From: Gammaproteobacteria bacterium
GTDB taxonomy: Bacteria > Pseudomonadota > Gammaproteobacteria > Steroidobacterales > SZUA-146
Reading direction: 5' to 3'
Length of the DNA stretch: 64,000 nt
NCBI GenBank assembly: GCA_045107075.1
Contig: JBGCFV010000060.1
Coordinates: 9,317 to 73,316, forward strand
In this document: positions 18,492 to 27,640 of the stretch, one piece after another
How positions within the stretch are numbered: the stretch's first letter is position 1
Layout: each line of letters begins with the position of its first letter
Program-made: the position numbers and the translations under genes
The notes under the pieces: generated by a model
The model's input: only the letters and a program-made list of their open reading frames with translations
The model's database searches: none
Told to the model about the DNA's origin: nothing

Positions 18492-20147
18492 TTAGCCGAG
18501 TTCTTTTTCGAGCTCGTCGCGTAGTTTGTATTTCTGAATCTTGCTTGTGGACATGGGCCATTCCGTGACGAAGCGGACGTAACGAGGTACTTTGAAGCCC
18601 GCAATTTCGCCTTTGCAAAATGCAATGAGTTCTTCTGCTGTAACAGTCTTGCCGTCAGCCAGTTCTACAAAGGCCGCGGCCACCTCGCCCAAGCGATCAT
18701 CGCTTACGCCGACAACCTGGGCCATTTTCACCGCTTCATGTCTCGCAAGGAACGACTCGATTTCGGCGGCGGCAACGTTTTCGCCACCCACCTTCAGCAT
18801 GTCTTTCGTTCGGCCGTAGAACATGATTTGGCCGTCTGCATTAAAAGCACCGACATCACCCGTGTGATACCAGCCGTCGCTGTCTTTTGCCGAGGCCGTT
18901 TTTTCCGGGTCTTTATAGTAGTAGTCAAACAGGCTGTAACCACGAACAAGAATTTCTCCTCGTTCGTCGACTGGCATTTCTTTACCCGTCTCAAGGCTGA
19001 CTATGCGTACTTCCATCCCAGGTAAGGGTGTTCCCAGTCGACTCACTCGTGTTTCAAGCGGGTCATGTAGTTCACTCGTACAGACAGTACCGGCCGTTTC
19101 CGTCATGCCGAACGTGCCCACCTGTATCGTATTGGGCATTGCTTTTTGCATGGCTTCGGCAATGCCTGGCGGCTGTACGGCAAAATTACTGTTCATCAAC
19201 CGAACTTTGCTCAAGTCGGTCTTTTCAAAATTCGGATGGTGGATCAAGTCGGACATAATGGTAATAAAGCAGGGGTACGTGACTGACGCTTCTTCTCGCT
19301 CAAGCATGTCCAACGCAACACCCGCGTCGAAGTACGACATGGTTAGATACGCGGCGCCGACGTCGAATGAGCTTACGATAGGCAGGATTGCTGCAATGTG
19401 AAACATGGGCAGAGGTGACCAGAAGCGATCATCTTTGGTGAGTTTATATCGCTGTCGGCCTAACGCAATGCTGTTTCGAACCATAGCTTCGTGGCTAATA
19501 ACCGCACCCTTGGGGTTAGCGGTGGTTCCTGATGTGTACAGCATCAAGCCTGGGTCACGTACACGAACCTGCATGCGCCGGCCGTGCACATCGTCGTCAC
19601 TGACCGTTGTTGCAGCCTCGTCGAATTCCGTTTCGCTAAGAAAGCCTGGGGCGCTGCTACTTCCCAGCAGAACAAGGTTGCGCAACATCGGTGCTTCGGT
19701 GAGGTTGGCGTGTCTGGCATCTGTGATTCCAGAAATGCCGGGCAAGCCGCGAGAGAGGCGTTCTACAAAGTTCACCTGTTCGGCAATCTCGTCAGTAGTG
19801 ATAACGGTAACAAGGTCACCGTTTTGCACGACGTAGGTTAATTCGTGAGACTGGTAGCGCGCGTTAATAGGTACCGGCACCGCACCGCAAAGGCTCACTG
19901 CGAAGAAGATTTCCGGGAACTGGTAACAGGTCGGCAGCAGAATACCGACGTGTTCACCCTGTTGCACGCCCAGCGCGAGCAGGCCGCGTGCCCGCTGCAT
20001 GGCTTTGTCTCGCAGTTCAGCGTAGGTCAGGCGAAATTCCGGAAATACGATAGCGGGAGAGTCAGCATGCTCGTCAGCTGCTGACAACAGCAGATCTCCG
20101 AGCGTGGTAACGCGAATGCGGCTGTTCTGGTTGTCTGTTTTACTCAC
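18492..20147 (-). CDS. AMP-dependent acyl-CoA synthetase/ligase (FadD-like)
   Basis: Motifs TSGTTANPKG (AMP-binding) and GWYHTGD. The start is uncertain. GTG at 20147 avoids a 53-nt overlap with the upstream ABM gene. The alternative is ATG at 20210. Confidence 0.75.
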   Translation of the reverse strand: MSKTDNQNSRIRVTTLGDLLLSAADEHADSPAIVFPEFRLTYAELRDKAMQRARGLLALGVQQGEHVGILLPTCYQFPEIFFAVSLCGAVPVPINARYQSHELTYVVQNGDLVTVITTDEIAEQVNFVERLSRGLPGISGITDARHANLTEAPMLRNLVLLGSSSAPGFLSETEFDEAATTVSDDDVHGRRMQVRVRDPGLMLYTSGTTANPKGAVISHEAMVRNSIALGRQRYKLTKDDRFWSPLPMFHIAAILPIVSSFDVGAAYLTMSYFDAGVALDMLEREEASVTYPCFITIMSDLIHHPNFEKTDLSKVRLMNSNFAVQPPGIAEAMQKAMPNTIQVGTFGMTETAGTVCTSELHDPLETRVSRLGTPLPGMEVRIVSLETGKEMPVDERGEILVRGYSLFDYYYKDPEKTASAKDSDGWYHTGDVGAFNADGQIMFYGRTKDMLKVGGENVAAAEIESFLARHEAVKMAQVVGVSDDRLGEVAAAFVELADGKTVTAEELIAFCKGEIAGFKVPRYVRFVTEWPMSTSKIQKYKLRDELEKELG

Positions 20148-20157
20148 GGTGTCAGGC

Positions 20158-20451
20158 TCATTCGAGTGGGTCCAGGTACTCGCGTACGTATGGGCCGTCC
20201 AGGCATTCAATTAATTTGGGTGCTATCTGCTTAAAGTGTTCAGTCTGCTGGTGGGCGTGCTCTGCCTCCTCATTTAAAAAAGATTCGAACACGGCATATG
20301 AGAGAGGCTCACGCAGTTTATAAAACCGAAAGTAGAGCAGCTCGGGTTCGTAAACCACGGCTTTTTCGGTCAGGGTTTTACAGCATTCAATAAACTGCTG
20401 TTCCTTGTCGGCGTGCACCGTCATTCGCGAAAGAAAAGACATTACCGGCAT
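20158..20451 (-). CDS. ABM-domain monooxygenase-like small protein
   Basis: 97 aa, MPVMSFLSRMTVHADKEQQFIECCKTL...; ABM-like beta-alpha-beta pattern. Confidence 0.55.
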   Translation of the reverse strand: MPVMSFLSRMTVHADKEQQFIECCKTLTEKAVVYEPELLYFRFYKLREPLSYAVFESFLNEEAEHAHQQTEHFKQIAPKLIECLDGPYVREYLDPLE

Positions 20452-20508
20452 AACAAAACCCCTCTGACTCGGAAAATTCAGCCTCTAGCATAGCGCTGAC
20501 GCCAATAA

Positions 20509-20530
20509 AAAAACAGTCAGAACTGTTTAT
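20509..20530. promoter_or_regulatory. palindromic operator-like site (AAACAGTC-AG-AACTGTTT), copy 2 of 4
   Basis: aaaaaaACAGTCagaaCTGTttatttttt sits in the divergent region between the ABM gene (minus) and the Rieske ferredoxin gene (plus), about 65 bp from each start. Confidence 0.5.
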
Positions 20531-20584
20531 TTTTTCCGTTTCGAGTTAGATTTGGGTTACGGAAGGGTCTGCAGAGGATGAGGG

Positions 20585-20902
20585 ATGACATCAACGTTTG
20601 TTCTCGACACGAAAGAGGTTGAGGAGGGTGCGACCAAGCCGGTGATTATCGCCGGTCTGCGACTCCTCGTGTGCCACTCGAAGGGCGAGTTCTACGTTAT
20701 TCAAAATCAGTGCTCTCACGCGAAGGCGCGGCTGAAGGGTGGGAAGCTTCGGGGGTGTCGAATCTTCTGTCCACTTCACAGCGCCGCTTTCGATATGCGT
20801 ACTGGCGAAGCGCTTAGCGCTCCGGCAACTGGACCTATAGATGTCTATGCCGTTCATATTGACAACGGTTCGCTCTATATCGATTTGCCTGAGGGTGTTT
20901 AA
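20585..20902 (+). CDS. Rieske [2Fe-2S] ferredoxin (electron-transfer component for Rieske oxygenases)
   Basis: 105 aa with CSHAKARL...CPLHSAAF, which is CxH-(n)-CxxH. Confidence 0.8.
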   Translation: MTSTFVLDTKEVEEGATKPVIIAGLRLLVCHSKGEFYVIQNQCSHAKARLKGGKLRGCRIFCPLHSAAFDMRTGEALSAPATGPIDVYAVHIDNGSLYIDLPEGV

Positions 20903-21078
20903 CCGGATGTGGAAACAGGTGGCGTAGTTAAGAGCAAGGTAAATTCAATTCAAGGTAATTCCAATTGAGACCGGGCTACCGTTAGCACAACAAACAAGCG
21001 AAGACTGGCCTGTTCGACGAGAGCCGTATTGGCACAGAGAAAAATTGTAGATGAGTAATCAATTCAAGAGGTATCAGC

Positions 21079-22440
21079 ATGTCCGTAAACTATAAAGCAC
21101 AGTGGCCCATGAACCTGGGCACAAGCGCACCGTCGCTGGAGGCCAAGCAGCCCGATATTGATAACGGGCTGGATGTGTATGACCCGTCTCGCTATTACTC
21201 TCGGGAGTTTATGGATAAAGAAACGCGAGACCTTTGGCCACGAGTCTGGCTTCTGGCTGGCGTTGCTTCCGATATTCCCGAGGACGGCGACTACTTTGTT
21301 TTTGAAGTCGGCGCGGAACAAATCATTGTGGTTCGGCAGGACGACGATTCCATCGCAGCCTTTTACAACAGCTGTCCGCACCGCGGCAATCGCGTGTGCT
21401 TGAATCACAGCGGTACCGCTGGCAGCTTTACGTGTCCGTTTCACGGTTGGCGTTTTGGTATTGATGGCAAGCTGCAAGAGATCAGTGACGAAAAGACCTT
21501 TGATCCTCGTGTGGTCGCTCACCGGCCAGGGCTAACAGAAGTGCGCTGCGACAGTGTTGGCGGAATTGTGTTTATTAATATGGACGGTAAGGCACCGCCG
21601 CTGGTTGAGTATCTTGGTTTGCCGCCCGGATACATCGAGCAATATGAAGTTGAAAATATGCGCGTTGTGCACCACGTCAAAAGTGCCTGGAAAGCCAATT
21701 GGAAAATTGGTGTAGACGCCTTCTACGAAACGTATCACTTGCCTCACGTACATCCGCAAACTCAAGGGGTGATGGAGGATTTTTCACAAAATGACTTGTA
21801 TCCGAATGGCGCGTCGAGAATGATCGTCCCAATTTGTGTCAAATCGCATCGTATGGAAGATCAAGACTCCGTAGATCCTTATCAGGCGGCCATGATGATT
21901 GAGGCGGGAATGGATCCTGCAACGTTCAGTGGTACGGCGGCCGACGTGCGTGCCGCGGTTCAAGTTGCCAAGCGGGAGAGGGCGAAGAAACTCGGTTTGA
22001 CCCACTACGATAACTTTACCGATGGACAGTTAACCGACAGCTGGGCGACAGGATTGTTTCCCAATGTGCAGATGGGTATGCATCCAGAAGGGGTATTTAT
22101 AATGCGGTTCTTGCCACACTCGCACGACCCGGAGCAGTTCTACTACGAAACCATGATTCTCTATCGTCCGGTTGATGATCCTGATTACAACGTTCCAGCC
22201 TGGATGGGATTGCCCGAAGGCACGGATTGTTCAGGTGAGACGCGGCCCGATGTTATTCATGTGCCCCTTGGCGAAAGCCCTAACCTGGGCGAGGTGCTGG
22301 ACCAGGACGCAGAGCTGCTCCCGGTCCAGCAGCAAGGCGTTCGTTCGCGCGGTTTTCGTGGCGCCCTGTTTGGGGACCAGGAGCAGCGCGTAAGGCACTT
22401 CGAAGCGGAGGTTGAGCGCTACGTTAATGGTGAGAAATAG
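21079..22440 (+). CDS. Rieske non-heme iron oxygenase alpha subunit (alpha-only type), paralog 2
   Basis: CPHRGNRV...CPFHGWRF and DAFYETYHLPHVH. AAGAGG RBS. Confidence 0.85.
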   Translation: MSVNYKAQWPMNLGTSAPSLEAKQPDIDNGLDVYDPSRYYSREFMDKETRDLWPRVWLLAGVASDIPEDGDYFVFEVGAEQIIVVRQDDDSIAAFYNSCPHRGNRVCLNHSGTAGSFTCPFHGWRFGIDGKLQEISDEKTFDPRVVAHRPGLTEVRCDSVGGIVFINMDGKAPPLVEYLGLPPGYIEQYEVENMRVVHHVKSAWKANWKIGVDAFYETYHLPHVHPQTQGVMEDFSQNDLYPNGASRMIVPICVKSHRMEDQDSVDPYQAAMMIEAGMDPATFSGTAADVRAAVQVAKRERAKKLGLTHYDNFTDGQLTDSWATGLFPNVQMGMHPEGVFIMRFLPHSHDPEQFYYETMILYRPVDDPDYNVPAWMGLPEGTDCSGETRPDVIHVPLGESPNLGEVLDQDAELLPVQQQGVRSRGFRGALFGDQEQRVRHFEAEVERYVNGEK

Positions 22441-22462
22441 TCGTTACGCGCCACGCGGGTGA

Positions 22463-23659
22463 TCAAGCGCGCTGGTTGAATCGTCGGCCTATCATTGCGC
22501 TTGTGATATTCGTCTTTTGAATGTCGATTGCGCCGCCGGCAATACCCCAGCCCCATGCGTCACGCATACGTCGCTCCATGCGGTATTCGCACGAGTATCC
22601 GTAGCCGCCCATAAGCTGTACTGCATTGCCGGTTACGGTACGAGCTATTTCGTTGGCGAAGCACTTTGCAATCGATGATTCCTGAATGCTTGGCATACCG
22701 TTTTCGGCATTTGAAATAGCACGATAAATAAGCAAGCGTGCTGCATCCACCTGCATTTGCATTTCGGCGAGACGCAATTGAACGGCTTGAAAGTCGACAA
22801 TGGGTTTGCCGAACTGTCTACGCTCTTGAACATAGGCGAGCGTTTCTTCAAGTGCGCCGGAGGCTTGGCCCAGCGCCATCGTTGCGTTGCCGCAGCGCTC
22901 GAGATCAAACGCCTGCATTAATTTGCCGAAGCCACCCGCATTGACAACCACGTTTTCGAGTGGCAGTTCGACGTTGTCAAAATAGACGTCGGAAGAGGGT
23001 ACGCCACGAAAACCCATTAGCTTTTCTTGCTTGCCAAACGTGATGCCGGGTGTTTCCTTGTCGACGAACACAGCGCCGATGCTTTGGGCTCCCGGTTTTT
23101 CAGCCATACGGCAATACACAAGATAACCGTCGGCATGTCCACCGCCTGAACACCAGCGCTTCATGCCATTAAGGCGCACACTGTCGCTACCGATTTCGGC
23201 GCGGGTGGTTAAGTCGGTCAAAGCCGAGCCTGCATTGGGCTCCGACATGGCGATGGCAACTACCATCTCGCCGCGACATACGGCGGGAATTACTCGTTGC
23301 TGCAACGCAGAGCTGCCGAAGTGTTCGATGGCTTTGACCGGGCCGGTGTAGGATTCGAATATCGGAAACGCAATGGCGGAGGATATTTTTGCAAATTCCT
23401 CCAAGACGATTAACGCATCGAGGCTGGTTTGACCCAGGCCGCCAAATTCTTCAGGAATGTTGATACCGAGAAATCCCATGTCGGCAAACTCGGCAATCAG
23501 TTCTTTCGTAGGTGGTTCCATTGACCGTTCTATTTCATCGGCAATGTCTGGGAGTTTCGACTGTGCGTAGGCGCGTGCTGCGTCGCGCATTTCCTGCTGT
23601 TCCGGCGTAAGGGAGAAATCCATCGAATGTGTTACCTTGTCGAGCGAAAAGAAAGTCAC
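22463..23659 (-). CDS. acyl-CoA dehydrogenase
   Basis: 398-aa ACAD fold; the C-terminus ...YEGTSEIQ-like region reads GGYGYSCEYRMERRMRDAWGW. Confidence 0.85.
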   Translation of the reverse strand: MTFFSLDKVTHSMDFSLTPEQQEMRDAARAYAQSKLPDIADEIERSMEPPTKELIAEFADMGFLGINIPEEFGGLGQTSLDALIVLEEFAKISSAIAFPIFESYTGPVKAIEHFGSSALQQRVIPAVCRGEMVVAIAMSEPNAGSALTDLTTRAEIGSDSVRLNGMKRWCSGGGHADGYLVYCRMAEKPGAQSIGAVFVDKETPGITFGKQEKLMGFRGVPSSDVYFDNVELPLENVVVNAGGFGKLMQAFDLERCGNATMALGQASGALEETLAYVQERRQFGKPIVDFQAVQLRLAEMQMQVDAARLLIYRAISNAENGMPSIQESSIAKCFANEIARTVTGNAVQLMGGYGYSCEYRMERRMRDAWGWGIAGGAIDIQKTNITSAMIGRRFNQRA

Positions 23660-23689
23660 TTCACGCGATTATTGCAGCATTCGCTTAAA

Positions 23690-23711
23690 AAAAACAGTCA
23701 AGACTGTTTAT
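23690..23711. promoter_or_regulatory. palindromic operator-like site (AAACAGTC-AA-GACTGTTT, perfect 18-bp palindrome), copy 3 of 4
   Basis: The site lies in the divergent promoter region between the ACAD gene (minus, about 40 bp) and Rieske oxygenase 3 (plus, about 85 bp). Confidence 0.5.
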
Positions 23712-23787
23712 TTTGTTAGATATTAAACCTATACTTCTGGGTCATAAGTCGAAAACGACTTTGCTATTCGTGCTCACATCACGATGA

Positions 23788-25017
23788 ATGCTGGAGGGAT
23801 TAGTGGACAAGGCGACGATTGAACGGATTCTCTCAGGAATGAAGTTTGAGGCTGAGCGAGAGAGCCCTCCAGAAAACTTTCCGCGAATGCCCGATATTCC
23901 GGGCGGGCGGTACGTCGACCCGGCTTTCAATACATTAGAACATAAGCATTTGTGGCACAAAGCCTGGCTGTACGCCGCGCATATTGACGAGTTTCCTAAA
24001 GTCGGCAGTTTCAAAATGTTTACTCGAACGGGTGCCCCGATTTTCCTGATTCGAGGAAAAGACGATGAGATTCGCGCGTTTTACAACACCTGCCAACACC
24101 GTGGTGGTCCCTTGGTCAAGACGGACGCCGGTTCCGTTCGCAATCTTGTTTGCGGCTATCATGGTTGGTCCTATGATTTTACCGGCAAGCTGATAAACCT
24201 GCGTGATAAACGGGACTTTGTCGACCTAGATATGAACTGTCGTTCTCTCAAGGGTATCCGCTGTGAACGTTTTGGCAACTGGATCTTTGTGAGTGAAGAC
24301 CGTGATGCCGCACCTCTCCTTGAATCTTTAGGTCCGATTCCCAGTCATCTTGAGCCGTTTCAACTTGAGTCTCTCAGGCTCGTGGATTCCGCGTCTTATA
24401 CCGTCGACTGCAATGTCAAAATAATTCAAGACGCGTTTCTCGAGGTTTACCACCTCAAGTCGATACACCTGAAAACAGTTGATCGTTTTCTTGACCACAG
24501 AGGTACTACCATCTCTCTGTACGAAGGTGGGCATTCACTTATGGTCACTCCCAATCGTCGTGAAGGCTGGGTCGACCCGGGCACAATTGGTATGCCGGAC
24601 ACAGAGACAGTTCCCGATATCGTTCGCAATAATAATTTTTCCTACAATATGTACCCGAACATCGTGAGCCCAGTGGCTCATAACGGCATGCCCTTTATCG
24701 TGTTTTGGCCAAAGACTCACAACACGATGGTATTGGATGTCCATTGGTTTGCTCCAGACTGGGGCGGCGGAGAAAGAAACCCGCTGTGGGATAAACGAAT
24801 TGAAAATTTCGATCGAATTCTTGAAGAAGACACGCAGTTTGCACCTCAAATTCAGGCGTCGGTCGAGTCGCCTGGTTTTAAAGGGGTGCCACTGAACTAT
24901 CAGGAGAGACGCATCTATCACTGGCACGAAGAGCTTGATCGTCGCATCGGATCAGACAATATTAAACCCGATTTACGTGTAGATCCTGTGCTAAAAGATT
25001 TCGTGAGTCGCACTTAG
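23788..25017 (+). CDS. Rieske non-heme iron oxygenase alpha subunit (alpha-only type), paralog 3
   Basis: CQHRGGPL...CGYHGWSY and DAFLEVYHLKSIH. An alternative GTG start at 23803 follows a GGAGGG RBS. Confidence 0.8.
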   Translation: MLEGLVDKATIERILSGMKFEAERESPPENFPRMPDIPGGRYVDPAFNTLEHKHLWHKAWLYAAHIDEFPKVGSFKMFTRTGAPIFLIRGKDDEIRAFYNTCQHRGGPLVKTDAGSVRNLVCGYHGWSYDFTGKLINLRDKRDFVDLDMNCRSLKGIRCERFGNWIFVSEDRDAAPLLESLGPIPSHLEPFQLESLRLVDSASYTVDCNVKIIQDAFLEVYHLKSIHLKTVDRFLDHRGTTISLYEGGHSLMVTPNRREGWVDPGTIGMPDTETVPDIVRNNNFSYNMYPNIVSPVAHNGMPFIVFWPKTHNTMVLDVHWFAPDWGGGERNPLWDKRIENFDRILEEDTQFAPQIQASVESPGFKGVPLNYQERRIYHWHEELDRRIGSDNIKPDLRVDPVLKDFVSRT

Positions 25018-26444
25018 TGATAGGCATTGCAAGAATAGGCGTCTACTTACCGCAGTTACGACTGCGTCGTGACGCCATTGCATCAGCTCACGCATGGGGC
25101 GTACCCGCTTTAAAAGCACATGCGAAAGGCACGGTCGCTACCAGCAACTGGGATGAAGATGCGGTCACTATGGCGCACGAGGCGGCAAGGGAGATAGTCG
25201 TTACATCCGAATCCGACATCTCGGGCTTAAGCTTTTGCTCTACAAGTATGCCTTTTGCTGATCGTTCTCATGCAACCTTGCTGTGCGAAGCGCTAGGCTT
25301 GCAAACGAATATTCCCGTGCAAGACATAGCCGCTTCTCAGCGCGCCGGTACCTCAACTTTAATGGCTGCACTTCAAGGCCAAAGATCAGGCGAGCTGGTG
25401 ATTGCTTCTGAGCGACGTAAAGCACAGCCTGCCAGTGTGCAAGAAATGACGTATGGAGATGCGGCGGTCGCGCTTACCACAGGCGTCAGTAATCTGCTGG
25501 CAGAGTTCGTCGCGGCTACGTCTGTCAATGCTGATTTTGTTGATCACTATCGCTCCGCAGACAGCCAGTTTGACTACGCGTTCGAGCCGCGTTGGGTGCG
25601 CGATGAAGGCCAGCTTAAGCTCATAGCGGAAGCCATCGAAAGTGTGCTTGCAAAAGCAAAATGCGGAGCGTTGAGTGTCAATAGGCTGGTGATCAATGCG
25701 CCAACACGGGTAGCTGCGAAGCTGGCTAAAGCGACCGGTCTTGATAACGCCAACAGTGCATCAGTTATCGCCCAGCAAATCGGTCTGTCCGGCTGCGCAT
25801 CTCCACTAATGGCTTTGGCTGAATCCCTCGAGACCGCGCGTGAGGGCCAGTTAGTACTGTGTATCGGATTTGGGCAGGGTGCTGACGCGATGTTATTCCG
25901 TGCGGGACCAGCTGCCGGTAAACCTGAGGCTTTTTCTGCCGCGCTTTCCAAGGGCGTCGAAGATACGAATTATCTCAGATTTTTAAGTAATCGGAATTTG
26001 ATTGACATGGACTGGGGCATGCGAGCTGAACGGGATGTGCGCACCGCGCAGAGTGCGTACTATCGCGAACGAAATCAGATCACGGCGATGGTTGGCGGGC
26101 TGTGTTCGGCGTGTGGAACAGTGCAGTTTCCAAGAACCAAAAGTTGTGTCAATCCAGCGTGTCGTGAGCTGGGCGAGCAAGGTGAGTATTCGTTCGCAGG
26201 TAAACATGGTCGAGTTAAATCGTTTACCGAAGACTGGCAGGCGTACTCGCCTTCGCCGCCACTGACGTATGGCAACATCGAATTCGAAGGCGGGGCCAAC
26301 ATCATGATGCAGTTTACCGATACAAGAGCAGGAGATACGCAAATTGGTACTGAGGTTTCAATGCACTTTCGAATTAAAGACATTGACCGGCACCGAAATT
26401 TTCGCCGTTATTTTTGGAAAGCTATAGCGGCAGAGGCACTATAG
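25017..26444 (+). CDS. fusion protein: HMG-CoA-synthase-like thiolase-fold domain + DUF35 (Zn-ribbon/OB-fold) domain
   Basis: The N-terminal ~310 aa have the HMGCS/KAS-III-like fold (IGIARIGVYLPQLRL...). The C-terminal part has a 4-Cys zinc ribbon, CSACGTVQF...CVNPAC, followed by an OB-fold. This is characteristic of DUF35 proteins that partner SCP-x thiolases. GTG start overlaps the upstream stop (TAGTG). Confidence 0.7.
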   Translation: MIGIARIGVYLPQLRLRRDAIASAHAWGVPALKAHAKGTVATSNWDEDAVTMAHEAAREIVVTSESDISGLSFCSTSMPFADRSHATLLCEALGLQTNIPVQDIAASQRAGTSTLMAALQGQRSGELVIASERRKAQPASVQEMTYGDAAVALTTGVSNLLAEFVAATSVNADFVDHYRSADSQFDYAFEPRWVRDEGQLKLIAEAIESVLAKAKCGALSVNRLVINAPTRVAAKLAKATGLDNANSASVIAQQIGLSGCASPLMALAESLETAREGQLVLCIGFGQGADAMLFRAGPAAGKPEAFSAALSKGVEDTNYLRFLSNRNLIDMDWGMRAERDVRTAQSAYYRERNQITAMVGGLCSACGTVQFPRTKSCVNPACRELGEQGEYSFAGKHGRVKSFTEDWQAYSPSPPLTYGNIEFEGGANIMMQFTDTRAGDTQIGTEVSMHFRIKDIDRHRNFRRYFWKAIAAEAL

Positions 26445-27640
26445 TGGCCGAGGGGATTCGGGACAAAGTCGCTATTCTTGGCATGGGTTGCTCCCGTTTT
26501 GGCGAGCGTTGGGATATGAGTGCCGCAGACTTAATGGTAGAAGCGTTCACTGAGTGCGTTAGTGATGCCGGTATTGAGCGTGACGACATTGAAGCGGCAT
26601 GGCTCGGCGTTTTTTTTGACGAACAAAGTATCGGCAAGTCAGCGATACCGCTAAGTAACGCACTTCGACTCAATAATATTCCGGTTACGCGGGTAGAGAA
26701 TTTGTGCGCAACCGGCACTGAATCCTTTCGCGGAGCCGTGTACGCAGTTGCATCAGGGGCGTGCGATATTGCGCTGGCCATGGGTGTTGAGAAACTTAAA
26801 GATACCGGGTTCGCCGGTTTGCCCGAACGCACCAACGGCCCTTTCGACGATATGTGGTTACCTAATTCAACGGCTCCCGGTGCGTTCGCCCAGTTGGCGA
26901 GCGCCTACGGTCACCGACACGGTATTGATGTTTCGGACCTAAAGCGAGCCATGGCCCACGTGTCGGTTAAAAGTCATCGCAACGGTTTGCTGAACGACAA
27001 GGCGCACCTGCGCCGGGAAATAACCATGGAGCAAGTGCTTAATGCTCCGCCAGTAGCCTATCCGTTGGGCGTTCTGGATTGCTGTGGAGTAAGTGACGGT
27101 GCGGCGTGCGCTATTGTGGCCCGACCCGAGATTGCCCGTCAGCTCGGCAAGATCGACCTGGTAAGTGTAAAAGCACTTCAGCTGTCAATTAGTAATGGAG
27201 TTGAGTCTTCCCATAGCTCTTGGGACGGCTCTTACACGGCGACAACTCAACGGGCCTCGCGCAAGGCCTATGAAGAGGCTGGTATCAGCAACCCGGCCAG
27301 CGATCTGGATATGATTGAAGTGCATGATTGCTTTTCAATTACAGAACTGGTTTTGATGGAAGATCTCGGATTGTCCAAAGCAGGTCGGGCACCAGCGGAT
27401 GTTCTGGATGGGAGGTTTGACGCGGGAGGCGATATTCCGTGTCAGATTGACGGCGGTCTAAAGTGTTTTGGTCATCCTATAGGTGCCTCGGGCCTCAGAA
27501 TGATTTACGAAATGTACTTGCAGCTATCGGGCAGAGCAGGGCCCAGACAGCTTGAGAACCCTGAGTTTGGACTAACTCATAATCTTGGCGGAATCCCGAA
27601 TCGAAACGTCGCCAGCATTTCTATAATTGGAAGAATGTAA
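26444..27640 (+). CDS. thiolase-like SCP-x / lipid-transfer-protein-type 3-ketoacyl-CoA thiolase
   Basis: (M)AEGIRDKVAILGMGCSRFGERW... is the typical N-terminus of the non-specific lipid-transfer/SCP-x thiolase family. GTG start overlaps the upstream stop (TAGTG) and has an AGAGG RBS. Confidence 0.7.
   Translation: MAEGIRDKVAILGMGCSRFGERWDMSAADLMVEAFTECVSDAGIERDDIEAAWLGVFFDEQSIGKSAIPLSNALRLNNIPVTRVENLCATGTESFRGAVYAVASGACDIALAMGVEKLKDTGFAGLPERTNGPFDDMWLPNSTAPGAFAQLASAYGHRHGIDVSDLKRAMAHVSVKSHRNGLLNDKAHLRREITMEQVLNAPPVAYPLGVLDCCGVSDGAACAIVARPEIARQLGKIDLVSVKALQLSISNGVESSHSSWDGSYTATTQRASRKAYEEAGISNPASDLDMIEVHDCFSITELVLMEDLGLSKAGRAPADVLDGRFDAGGDIPCQIDGGLKCFGHPIGASGLRMIYEMYLQLSGRAGPRQLENPEFGLTHNLGGIPNRNVASISIIGRM

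Noticed and set aside
20509-20530. Interpretation of the AAACAGTC..GACTGTTT palindromes as LexA/SOS boxes
   Set aside because: The LexA consensus is CTGT-N8-ACAG. Here the half-sites are in the opposite orientation (ACAGTC-N2-GACTGT) with different spacing. No SOS genes are nearby.
20509-20530. Interpretation of the palindromes as plain intrinsic terminators
   Set aside because: The stems are only 7-8 bp and A/T-rich. All four copies lie upstream of start codons in promoter regions rather than after stops. The sequence is conserved rather than merely structured.
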